Below are positions 43,408 to 52,002 of a stretch of DNA of 64,000 bases, in pieces. The DNA is taken from the NCBI GenBank assembly GCA_038060295.1, contig JBBTHR010000011.1:6610-70609 (forward strand), read 5' to 3'. The translations under genes and the position numbers were made by a program. The DNA is from Candidatus Eiseniibacteriota bacterium. GTDB lineage: Bacteria > Eisenbacteria > RBG-16-71-46 > SZUA-252. A model generated the notes under the pieces. That model was not told the DNA's origin. It was given only the letters and a program-made list of their open reading frames with translations, and made no database searches. Position 1 is the first letter of the stretch; the number at the start of each line of letters is the position of its first letter.

Positions 43408-44173
43408 GAGCTGGTTTCATAACTGTCTGAGAGCGATCATGGCGCAGGCGATATGAAAGAAGCCCAGGTAGACGGTCAGCAGATGCTCGTGCCGCACGAC
43501 CAGTCTCCGGAACTGCGAGAGCCACGCATTCGTGCGCTCGCTGTCGTACGCCTTGTCGCCGATCAGCCGCCGCGGCCTCGTCTTCGGACGCCCGGGCCCG
43601 CGTCGCGAAACTCGGACGGTAGCCAGCGTGGTTTCCAAGAGCGTGATCTCAGCTGGTGTGGCCGAGGTAACGGTACCTCCGATAGGAACACCCGCGCCGT
43701 CGCCCACCACCATCCACTACGAGCCCTTGCCACGCTTGGTTTTCCCGACCGCGGCGCCCCCTTTTTCGCGGGGGCGAAGCTCCCGTCGATGAAACACTCG
43801 CTCCAGCGGAGTCGCCCCTCGACATCCAGATCCCTCAGAAACGCGCGCCACATCTTCAGCCACACGCCTTGTTCTTCCCACTGCTGCAATCTTCGCCAGC
43901 ACGTCGTGGGACTCGAATATCGCTCCGGCAGATCCCTCCACCGGGCACCCGACTTCAACACCCAGAGAATCCCTTCGAACTCGCGCCGCGAATCCGCCCA
44001 CGGTCGGCCCCCCTTGCGGTCCCGCGGCAGCTTCGGCAGTACCCGCTCGATCAGGAGCCACTGGAGATCCGTCACCTGCTCGATCCGTCGAGCCATCGGA
44101 CGACCTTCTGGTAGGGAGGTGTGCTACCGATGAGCTCCGACAGCAAGAGCAAATCAGGTTATGAAACCAGCTT
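43408..44173 (-). mobile_element. decayed IS5-family insertion sequence (IS427/IS1031-like), 766 bp
   Basis: Terminal inverted repeats are gAGCTGGTTTCATAAC (43408-43423) and GTTATGAAACCAGCTt (44158-44173), with 15 of 16 positions complementary. TA flanks both ends (43406-43407 and 44174-44175), a possible target duplication within CTAG. Internally there is a two-frame transposase with an A5G5 slippery site. Confidence 0.8.
43417..44096 (-). pseudogene. IS5-family DDE transposase, disrupted (in-frame TAG and internal deletion)
   Basis: OrfA (43563..44096) reads 'LQWLLIERVLP...GRPWADSRREFEGILWVLKSGARWRDLPERYSSPTTCWRRLQQWEEQGVW...DGSFAPAKKG'. After the GAAAAAGGGGG slip site the second frame reads GGAAVGKTKRGKGS-TAG-WMVVGDGAGVPIG, with the stop at 43717-43719. 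Downstream, 'DKAYDS' abuts 'ERTNAWL' directly, so most of the region between the second D and the E of the DDE triad is missing. Confidence 0.7.
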
Positions 44174-44423
44174 TAGCCAGGATGTTGGCTCTGAGTCGAT
44201 GTCGCTAGAGTTTGCGCCCGTTGGAAGTGACCCGCTGAGGGGGCAGTCAGGCACTCATGGAAAGAATACATGGAGTTGATGTGACATCTTCTGAGCTGGA
44301 GTGATTGGCCAGCGGAGCTGACATGATAGGGCACGAACACGTCGAGGATGCCTCAACTGCTATCATCCTACGATGAGAACGATGAGGTCGGGATTGCCGA
44401 CTGCCCACTTGGAAGGACTTGCC

Positions 44424-46235
44424 ATGTGCCTATATCGCCGGACCGCAACTGTGCTCACCCTCATCTCCCTCGCGCTTCCGTTGATCGCGCGTGCCGGTGG
44501 ATGGTCTCCGGCGATCGGCGTGCACTCCCAGACCGCGGTCGACGATGGGTTCCCGGAAATCACTATCACCATGGACGGTGTTGCTTGGGTGACGTGGATG
44601 GGTGTTGATCCGATAGAGGGCGATGAGGAGGCGTATTTTTCTCGATGGAATGGAGCCGCTTGGGATCCCCCCGGAACCATCAATCCCCCCAACCAAACAG
44701 ATGATCGTTTCCCGAAATTCTCCTGCTCGCCGTTAGGGGACCTGTGGGCACTTTGGAAGGGGACCGATACCACTACCCCAGGTGCGTATTGCGGTCTTGC
44801 GAGTCGGTGGAATGGCTCGGGATGGACCACTCCGGATACTGTCTGGTGTGGAGGGGGCCGTCTAGATTTCACGGAGATGGCTTCAGTCAGTAATAGTGAA
44901 GCGTGGTTCGTTCGGGACGGCGCCGCCTCTGAAGGCGCGTCTGACATTTTCGTCTACCACGTGACAGGCGCGATCCATGATGCCCCATTCCAGTTTGTTC
45001 GACCAAACGAACCTGAGTACGAACCGAGTATCACCGTCGGGCTCGACGGTGTTCCCTGGGCCATCTGGTTCCACGTGCCTCCACTCGCTCCCCAACTGAG
45101 CACAATCCAATTCTCCCGGTATGTATCCGGCGCTTGGTCCGCACCAGACAGCGTAGCAAGTCCAACTGGCATTATTCGACTTCGCGTCACAACCGATCCT
45201 CTCGGTCAGCATTGGGTGCTTTGCAGCGGCCTCGATCCCTCTACGGGCCCATTCAGCGAGGCCATTTGGGCGCTCAAGCAGCAAGGGGCGTCCTGGGGAC
45301 CCCCCGAACGAATCAGTCACCCCATCGCGGCGCCAGACTCCGGGCTGGCCCAACTCTCTGTCGGGCGCACCTGCGGCGGAAATCTGATTGGTGTGTGGCT
45401 GGAGCGCGACTTGGACAGCAATACGCGCATAGACATCATTTCAAACGAATGGGATGGATCCACTTGGCGGGGGCCAACGCTGGTTGGGCAGTTGAGTGAT
45501 TCGGCATTCGTTTCATGGCCAGCGATCACTCGCGGTAGCGGACGTCGCTGGGTAGCGTATATGAAGTCAGTGCCACCGACTTACGCAGTGACGAATGTCT
45601 ACGCTACGTCCAGCGACGATGCGACAACTAGCGCGGACGAATTCGACTTTTCGGTTGCCCTCAAGGGTCACGTAGCGCAAATACAATGGAATGTACACTT
45701 ATCGACAAGAACTCGGCTCATTCGACTTTGGAGGACTAGTGAATCGCCGATATTGGGAGTGCCGAGTGCGCCCCAGGCACGGCAGATCCTCGAGAGCCCG
45801 GAAGCAATGGGCCATTTCGATGATCCCTTGACAGGAACGGGAGGTACACAGTTTTACTGGTTGCAGGCCCTCGACGCGCAGGGCCAGAGCAGCTGGGCGG
45901 GCCCGCATTCGGTTGACCTCTTTCCACCCAACCTCAAGCCAAGTCTGCGAATGGCACCCAATCCGAGTGCCGCGGACGTTGAGATTTCATGTGATGGGTG
46001 CAGCGGATCGAGCGGGATGCTAGAAGTGTTTGATATTCATGGCCGGCGCGTTCGCGGCATTGCCATGGTGCCCACTTCGACCGGTTCGTCAGGAGGAGAA
46101 AGTATTCGCCGGGTACGTTGGGACGGCACCGACGACGTCGGAAACCCGCTCGGAGCAGGGATTTATTTTGTCCGATACGTTGGCGGCCCCAGAGTGAGCC
46201 AACCTCGCATCATGAAGCTGCTACGACTTCGATGA
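44424..46235 (+). CDS. secreted repeat protein (degenerate Asp-box/BNR-like beta-propeller?) with a C-terminal FlgD-Ig-like / T9SS-CTD-like domain
   Basis: ORF 44373..46235 trimmed to ATG 44424, which follows GGAAGGA. Signal peptide is MCLYRRTATVLTLISLALPLIARAGG. There are five spaced motifs: SRWNGAAWDPP, SRWNGSGWTTP, SRYVSGAWSAP, KQQGASWGPP and NEWDGSTWRGP. The C-terminal domain reads 'APNPSAADVEIS...LEVFDIHGRRVRGI...WDGTDDVGNPLGAGIYFVRY...MKLLRLR'. Confidence 0.7.
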   Translation: MCLYRRTATVLTLISLALPLIARAGGWSPAIGVHSQTAVDDGFPEITITMDGVAWVTWMGVDPIEGDEEAYFSRWNGAAWDPPGTINPPNQTDDRFPKFSCSPLGDLWALWKGTDTTTPGAYCGLASRWNGSGWTTPDTVWCGGGRLDFTEMASVSNSEAWFVRDGAASEGASDIFVYHVTGAIHDAPFQFVRPNEPEYEPSITVGLDGVPWAIWFHVPPLAPQLSTIQFSRYVSGAWSAPDSVASPTGIIRLRVTTDPLGQHWVLCSGLDPSTGPFSEAIWALKQQGASWGPPERISHPIAAPDSGLAQLSVGRTCGGNLIGVWLERDLDSNTRIDIISNEWDGSTWRGPTLVGQLSDSAFVSWPAITRGSGRRWVAYMKSVPPTYAVTNVYATSSDDATTSADEFDFSVALKGHVAQIQWNVHLSTRTRLIRLWRTSESPILGVPSAPQARQILESPEAMGHFDDPLTGTGGTQFYWLQALDAQGQSSWAGPHSVDLFPPNLKPSLRMAPNPSAADVEISCDGCSGSSGMLEVFDIHGRRVRGIAMVPTSTGSSGGESIRRVRWDGTDDVGNPLGAGIYFVRYVGGPRVSQPRIMKLLRLR

Positions 46236-46269
46236 TGAGCGGTGTACTCAGGACAATCGGAGGTTGCGA

Positions 46270-49200
46270 ATGGGCAGACGTGCCATCCTCCTGCGCATGA
46301 CAATTCTGAGTGTGGTCATGCTATCAACTGCTGGAGGGTACTCCGAAGCCTCGACACCTTGGGACTATTCTTCAACAGGCTGTGTCACCAATACGCCTGG
46401 TGGAGCTGGGGCACCGCCCGCAGGCGGTGCAGTGTGCGACACGACCTGGACCCGCTTCAACACCTTCACGAGCGCAGACGTCGATAAAGACGTGGATCTC
46501 ATGATCCGCAAGTACTTTCGAGCCGATGCTGTTCTTCCTGCGCCATTCTCAGTCTACCCTTACATGACAAATGTACGTATAAATGCCTATCTTGAAGGGC
46601 TTGACCTCAAGCAATCAGAGAACGAGTTCCACAAGAATTGGAAGGACTATCAACTAACCTACAATTACTTTCGTGGTGTTGATTCGTCGGGGTATTACGG
46701 AACATTTGGCTCAGGGAATCCGAACATGCAGTTCCTCGGGTTCGAGCAGTACCCGCCGTCCCTGGCCGAGAGGAACCACGTAGATATCTTCTTTTTTCAC
46801 CCTATTGATCCGGGCCCTGATAGATACCCAGTGCAGCTCACAGTCTCACCAGTAAACGAGGATGGCGATCTCACTACCTGTCTCGATGAGGACGAGCGCA
46901 ACACAGTCCGCGTGAGCCCCGGCTTTGACACTGTCCGCGACCCAGAGAACCTCTTTAACACACTCGTTACACCGGACTCCACGTGGTTCGTTGCGGGGAA
47001 GCATCCCAACGTTCGGATCAACCATGAAACGCAGCATCTGATCTATGCCTCTCGCCCACCAAAGCCGAGCATTGGGTTTCCGAACGAGACCTTCTCCATG
47101 GCCGCGGAATACCTTAGTGGAGCGGGGCTTCGCGACGCTCACAGGCCATTGACTAACAGTGTGTACGATCAGAGCCTCATTGGGGGATCTATAGGGCTAT
47201 CGTACAGTCACTGGTACTTGTGGTCCGTGTACCTCCTGCAACAGTTCGCAGGCGATACGACCAGGGTCGAGGATGATCTCTACTATAAGTGGGTGCGAGC
47301 GACCGACGGGTCCGGCAGTGAGAACAACTACATGCTGGGATTGGCGCGGGCACTTGACGCAAGTGAGTACTCGTACTTGGGGGGTAGTGGTGCGCGCCCC
47401 GGCGACGCACGCCTCCGGAACGTCTTCCATAACTACGCGGTTGCGAAGTGGTTGGATAACGCGTCAGGGTCGTTCTACGGGGGAAAGTACGGGCTCGGCC
47501 GAGGCATCACCCCATCAGCCCAGCCGGGCTTCTTTGATAACTCATTCAATCCCTGCGACAGGCGTTCTGTTACTGAGGTGCCCCCGAAGTTCGCGGTCGG
47601 ACAAGCGCGAGTCACCGCAGACACGACGCTTTCCGTGAAACGGTGCGTCACGGATGCCGGTATCGGGGATGGATGCGCGGGCTCCCTCGAGACATGCGAT
47701 TCGATCTTCGTAAACCCGTACGGTACGGACTACATCCAGCTCGAGGCAAGTCCGTACCTGGAATCGAACGGCAAATCAAATACGTTGCGATTTCGCATGA
47801 CGTGGGATCCATCGGAAGTGCCAGGAACGTACCCTGCGGGCAACGACCTGCGGGTGTCTGCCATCGTCTATGCTGCGAAGAGTGATAGCTTGTATTTGCG
47901 CGGTGACCAGGCATTCCGGGTCATTGACGGATGCGTCGACCTTGCTGCAGGGGAAGCACGAGTCGGGATCCCGAACTTTGGAGGGGAAGCAAAATCGGCT
48001 GTGATCGTAATTGACTTGGCTGACGTGAGGCCCGAAAGCACCGAGGTCAATTCCAACTGGGTCAACTACCGCCGCCTCTTCTACAGCTATAGCTTCGGCG
48101 TCGACACGATGTCCGTCTCTGGGAATGTTGAGGGCCTCGTTGCATTCCGGCCATCAGGCGCATCAGCGGATTCCGTGACATGGACGGAGTTCCCACAGAA
48201 TCGCGGCATGGGTGGTTACTACCTACTCCGTTCGGATAGCATAGGGGGCACGCCAAGCGTCGTCGATTCGGTGGACTGCCACTGCATTAGGGAGTTCACC
48301 ACCCCACCCTGGGGGAATTCGATTAAGTTCTATCGAGTGCAGTCTCGTGCCTACCCACTGACCAGTACGAATTTCGCCACGATCGGCGGGACCGTCGATA
48401 ACACGCAGACCCTGGCGGGCTCTGTCTACGTCGCAGGGGACATCAACGTGTCCCCGACCGACACCCTAAACGTGCAAGCTGGTTCGACGATTCGTTTCAG
48501 GCCAAACTACGATAGTCAATTTACCGGAAGCGATGCAGCTCGGAGCGAGTTCACCGTCTGGGGAGCACTTCGTTCCATGGGATCGGCGACCGATTCGGTG
48601 CTATGGGAAAGCGCCAAGTCACCCCCGAGCCCGGGGGATTGGAAGGGCCTACGACTCGAGGGTGCAGCTGGGAACGCAAGCTCCCGTCTGGAGTACACGG
48701 TCGTACGGCACGGCTACCACGGAATCTACACGAACGGAATGTCGCCGACTATCCGGAATTCCCGAATTCAACATAGCCAGTTCTACGGAATTCTGGTTCA
48801 GAATGCGGGGCCACTGATTGAGTACTCTGTGTTGGAGCAGAACCACGGCGCCGAGTTAGCCTCAATGCTGGGGGGGGCTCCGAAACTGCGACATTGCTAC
48901 CTTCGCTACGACCCCTCCCTCGGCGCCGGGTTGATCGATGATGGTGCAGTCTTCTCGACCGGTGGAAAGGGTACCTTCCAGTACAACACAATCACCGGAG
49001 TAGGGATGGGGGTGTACTGCCAAGGCGTGGGCAGCAGCCCGAGCTTCGTTGGTGAGATCAGTGCAATCGACAGCCTAAACTACGGTAGGAACAACATTCT
49101 TGATTTTCTCAACTATGGAATCAGAACCTGGGATGACGCCCTCCCAGACTTCGGAACACCAAATTCCTCGACCAACTTTAAGGCGGGCCGCAACAACATC

Positions 49201-50220
49201 TACACGACGGTGGCGCCGAGCGCGCTCTACGTCTCGCACTCAAGTGCGACGACCCTCAATGCGAAGCACAACTACTGGGGGTCGGATCCGCCGGACTTGA
49301 ACAAGTTCGTTGGGATCATCAACGGTCCACAGATTCCTAGTCGATACCTGATTGCGTTCGAAACACCCTCTGGCGCGGGATTCAACCCTGCACCCGCACT
49401 TGCACCGACAGAAGCACTGTATCTATCCGCCTTGGAGAAGGAATCGTCATCCGATCTGGCGGGTGCCGTAACCACCTACCGAGAACTCATCGCACAGTAC
49501 CCGGATGATCCGGAGGCGGAGCGGGCGCTCGGTCGTTTCTACGGCTTACAGTGGACTTTGGGCACCGCCAAGAGCGAGCTTGCCTTCGTCGATCAGGTGG
49601 CCGCAAACACCGCAGCGCCGCGGCTGAGTCGGCTCGCTCGGAGAATTCGGGCTCCGCTGCTTGCGCTCTCTGGTAAAGCACCTGACGCAGAGGCGGCGTA
49701 CGCCGATCTCCTCGGTTCGGAAGCGTTCAATTCAAGTGCGCTCCTGGTCGAAATGGCTCTCATCAGGGGAGCGATTCTGGGAGATGTGGTAGGTGCGAGA
49801 AAAGCGGTCGCAGAGTTGCGGAGAACCTGCACGGATCCAACGGTGCTGAAACACGCGCGGGCGTTGTCGGAAATGATCGTCGGCGAGGAATCGTGGAAGG
49901 ATGGGCGGGATGCGCGGGCCCTCGCTCCGAGCGTGGGAGTGCGAGAACTGGCCCTCGATCAGAATTACCCCAACCCCCTGAACCCAACGACGAAATTCGC
50001 TTTCACATTGCCGACGGCATCTCGTGTGGACCTTCGCATCTACGATGTTCGGGGGCGTCTGGTCCGTGCCGTGACGGGAGACTATTTCCCGACCGGGCGC
50101 CACGTGCTTGAGTGGGACGGAAAGGACGCCCACGGAAGTCGAGTCGCCAGTGGGCTGTACATCTATCAGTTGGAGACCCTCGGTAGGAAGCTCGCGCACA
50201 AGCTCGTCGTACTGAAGTAG
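46270..50220 (+). CDS. 1316-aa secreted multidomain protein: HExxH-containing N-terminal region, parallel beta-helix repeats, TPR-like segment, FlgD-Ig-like / T9SS-CTD-like C-terminus
   Basis: ORF 46264..50220 with ATG 46270 following GGAGG. Signal peptide is MGRRAILLRMTILSVVMLSTAGG. 'INHETQHLIYA...GFPNETFSMAAEY' is an HExxH plus NExxS candidate. Beta-helix-type repeats include 'GYHGIYTNGMSPTIRNSRIQHSQFYGILVQNAGPLIEYSVLEQNHG', 'NTITGVGMGVYCQG' and 'NAKHNYWGSDPP'. The C-terminus reads 'LDQNYPNPLNPTTKFAFTL...LRIYDVRGRLVRAV...WDGKDAHGSRVASGLYIYQLE...HKLVVLK'. Confidence 0.75.
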   Translation: MGRRAILLRMTILSVVMLSTAGGYSEASTPWDYSSTGCVTNTPGGAGAPPAGGAVCDTTWTRFNTFTSADVDKDVDLMIRKYFRADAVLPAPFSVYPYMTNVRINAYLEGLDLKQSENEFHKNWKDYQLTYNYFRGVDSSGYYGTFGSGNPNMQFLGFEQYPPSLAERNHVDIFFFHPIDPGPDRYPVQLTVSPVNEDGDLTTCLDEDERNTVRVSPGFDTVRDPENLFNTLVTPDSTWFVAGKHPNVRINHETQHLIYASRPPKPSIGFPNETFSMAAEYLSGAGLRDAHRPLTNSVYDQSLIGGSIGLSYSHWYLWSVYLLQQFAGDTTRVEDDLYYKWVRATDGSGSENNYMLGLARALDASEYSYLGGSGARPGDARLRNVFHNYAVAKWLDNASGSFYGGKYGLGRGITPSAQPGFFDNSFNPCDRRSVTEVPPKFAVGQARVTADTTLSVKRCVTDAGIGDGCAGSLETCDSIFVNPYGTDYIQLEASPYLESNGKSNTLRFRMTWDPSEVPGTYPAGNDLRVSAIVYAAKSDSLYLRGDQAFRVIDGCVDLAAGEARVGIPNFGGEAKSAVIVIDLADVRPESTEVNSNWVNYRRLFYSYSFGVDTMSVSGNVEGLVAFRPSGASADSVTWTEFPQNRGMGGYYLLRSDSIGGTPSVVDSVDCHCIREFTTPPWGNSIKFYRVQSRAYPLTSTNFATIGGTVDNTQTLAGSVYVAGDINVSPTDTLNVQAGSTIRFRPNYDSQFTGSDAARSEFTVWGALRSMGSATDSVLWESAKSPPSPGDWKGLRLEGAAGNASSRLEYTVVRHGYHGIYTNGMSPTIRNSRIQHSQFYGILVQNAGPLIEYSVLEQNHGAELASMLGGAPKLRHCYLRYDPSLGAGLIDDGAVFSTGGKGTFQYNTITGVGMGVYCQGVGSSPSFVGEISAIDSLNYGRNNILDFLNYGIRTWDDALPDFGTPNSSTNFKAGRNNIYTTVAPSALYVSHSSATTLNAKHNYWGSDPPDLNKFVGIINGPQIPSRYLIAFETPSGAGFNPAPALAPTEALYLSALEKESSSDLAGAVTTYRELIAQYPDDPEAERALGRFYGLQWTLGTAKSELAFVDQVAANTAAPRLSRLARRIRAPLLALSGKAPDAEAAYADLLGSEAFNSSALLVEMALIRGAILGDVVGARKAVAELRRTCTDPTVLKHARALSEMIVGEESWKDGRDARALAPSVGVRELALDQNYPNPLNPTTKFAFTLPTASRVDLRIYDVRGRLVRAVTGDYFPTGRHVLEWDGKDAHGSRVASGLYIYQLETLGRKLAHKLVVLK

Positions 50221-50474
50221 AACACCCACCGACGCCGGTGATCCCCCTGCGCACTTTGCCAGGGTCACCGGAGGATCGATGGCGCACTTCACGCCTGAGC
50301 TATTACTGGCAGTGATCGGTCATTGCTTCGGCAGCGAGATCTTTTGGGGAGAATATGCCACTCAGCAGGGCGCGACAATGACCACCCCCTTCGGTGTGCC
50401 CTACACGAGCACGGAACGGCCGACTCAACCCAACATGATCCTGATGACCGTCTCTCATCGCAGGACACTCCCAA

Positions 50475-51608
50475 ATGCCGCGTAAGTCCCCAACTAGTCC
50501 GCCGGATACGAAGCCGCCCCCCGACGATCGGGAACGGATCACCGCCCCCGAGCCGTTCGTCGGCGACGTCGATTACGACCGGAGCCTTCGCCCGCGCGAA
50601 CTGGGTGAGTTCGTCGGCCAGCACGCCATCCGGGAGCAGTTGCGGATCGCGGTGGAAGCGGCGCGCGCGCGGGGCGAGGCGCTCGACCACGTCCTCTTCC
50701 ACGGCCCCCCGGGGTTGGGGAAGACGACGCTCGCCTCGATCATGGCGGCGGAGATGGGCGTCTCCTTCACGCAGACCTCGGGCCCCGTCCTGGAGCGGGC
50801 CGCCGATCTGGCCGGGCTCCTGACGAACCTGGACGAGCGGGCCATCCTCTTCATCGACGAGATTCACCGGATGAATCCGGTGGTGGAAGAGTACCTCTAT
50901 CCGGCCATCGAGGACTTCTGCCTCGACATCATGATCGACCGCGGGCCGAGCGCGCGGAGCGTGCGGATCGATCTCAAGCGCTTCACGCTGGTCGGGGCCA
51001 CGACGCGGACCGGGCTGCTCTCCGCTCCGCTCCGGGGCCGGTTCGGCCTCTCCGCACGCCTCGATTACTACCCGGCCGCGGATCTGAAGACGATCATCCT
51101 TCGATCGGCCTCCATCCTGGGCGTCGCCATCGACGACGAGGGGGCGGCCGAGATCTCCAGGCGCTCGCGCGGCACGCCGCGCGTGGGGAACCGCCTCCTT
51201 CGCCGCGTGCGCGACTACGCCGAGACGCGCGCCGGCGGCGTGATCACCGGTGACGTGGCGCGGGCCGGGCTGGAACTGCTGGAAGTCGACGCGCGGGGCC
51301 TGGACGACATGGACCGGCGAATGCTGGAGGCGATCGTGGTGAAGTACGGCGGCGGCCCGGTGGGGCTATCGACCATCGCGGTGGTGGTCGGGGAAGAGGC
51401 CGACACGCTGGAGGACGTCTACGAGCCGTACCTGATCCAGGAGGGATTTTTGAAGCGGACGGCCCGCGGGCGCGAGGCGACCGATCTCGCTTTCCGCCAT
51501 CTGGGCCTGGAGCCGCCGGCGCGCGCGGGCGATCCCGCGCGGAGCGTTGAGACGGCCCGCGGCGCCGCCGAAGACGAGAGCGAGCCCCCGCAGCAGAAGC
51601 TGTTCTAG
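50475..51608 (+). CDS. ruvB: Holliday junction branch migration DNA helicase RuvB
   Basis: 377-aa ORF. Motifs are '[19 protein letters not shown]', Walker A '[12 protein letters not shown]', 'LFIDEIHRM', '[17 protein letters not shown]' and '[17 protein letters not shown]'. It has extra Pro-rich N- and C-terminal tails. Confidence 0.9.
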   Translation: MPRKSPTSPPDTKPPPDDRERITAPEPFVGDVDYDRSLRPRELGEFVGQHAIREQLRIAVEAARARGEALDHVLFHGPPGLGKTTLASIMAAEMGVSFTQTSGPVLERAADLAGLLTNLDERAILFIDEIHRMNPVVEEYLYPAIEDFCLDIMIDRGPSARSVRIDLKRFTLVGATTRTGLLSAPLRGRFGLSARLDYYPAADLKTIILRSASILGVAIDDEGAAEISRRSRGTPRVGNRLLRRVRDYAETRAGGVITGDVARAGLELLEVDARGLDDMDRRMLEAIVVKYGGGPVGLSTIAVVVGEEADTLEDVYEPYLIQEGFLKRTARGREATDLAFRHLGLEPPARAGDPARSVETARGAAEDESEPPQQKLF

Positions 51609-51625
51609 AGCGCCCGGGAGAGCCC

Positions 51626-51919
51626 TTACTCCCAGGCCAGATGATCGCGCAAGAGGTCGCGGGCGGGGATGCGGCGCCCCGACTTCGGATGGACCACCCG
51701 CACCTCGAATCCGTAGCGGTCGAGGCCGAAGTGGCGCGTGACGAGGCGGAGGAGCCCCTCGACCGTCGCGTCGCCCCGGATCGTGCGACCGCGCCGCCCC
51801 GCGCCGCGGGCGCGCGCTCGCCCCTCCTCCAGGCCGGCGCGATAGGCCTGCTTCACCAACCGATCGAGGCTACGCCAGTGGGAACGTTTCAGCCGTCTCT
51901 GGGCTTCGGACTGGATCAT
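51626..51919 (-). CDS. hypothetical small basic protein
   Basis: ORF 51626..51970 trimmed to ATG 51919, which follows GGAAAGGGGAAG on the minus strand. The protein starts 'MIQSEAQRRLKRSHWRSLDRLVKQAYRAGLEEG...'. I recognise no family. Confidence 0.4.
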   Translation of the reverse strand: MIQSEAQRRLKRSHWRSLDRLVKQAYRAGLEEGRARARGAGRRGRTIRGDATVEGLLRLVTRHFGLDRYGFEVRVVHPKSGRRIPARDLLRDHLAWE

Positions 51920-52002
51920 CGCTTCCCCTTTCCGTTCGAGGTCGGGGCCGCCACCATGCAACCGCTCCACGCATCATCATAGCGCCACAGCGCCGCCCCA
52001 GC

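Noticed and set aside
43238-43408. A 56-codon ORF (MSDKIERPAESNASLRTAEDLPHADKGHRVPEACQCRPILATVLLAFQSVFGGQHS) that ends exactly at the IS left junction, considered as a gene truncated by the IS.
   Set aside because: Removing the IS and one TA copy regenerates the same TAG stop (..cat tcc TAG cca..), so the insertion did not truncate it. It is short, has no RBS and matches no family I recognise.
50279-50485. A 68-aa ORF in the right-hand edge of the island, just upstream of ruvB.
   Set aside because: It has no RBS, no recognisable motif, and it overlaps the ruvB start. It is more likely non-coding island or promoter DNA. The nearby bulged hairpin (50235-50271, CCGGTGA..CCCTG / CAGGG TCACCGG) lacks a U-tract, so I did not call it a terminator either.
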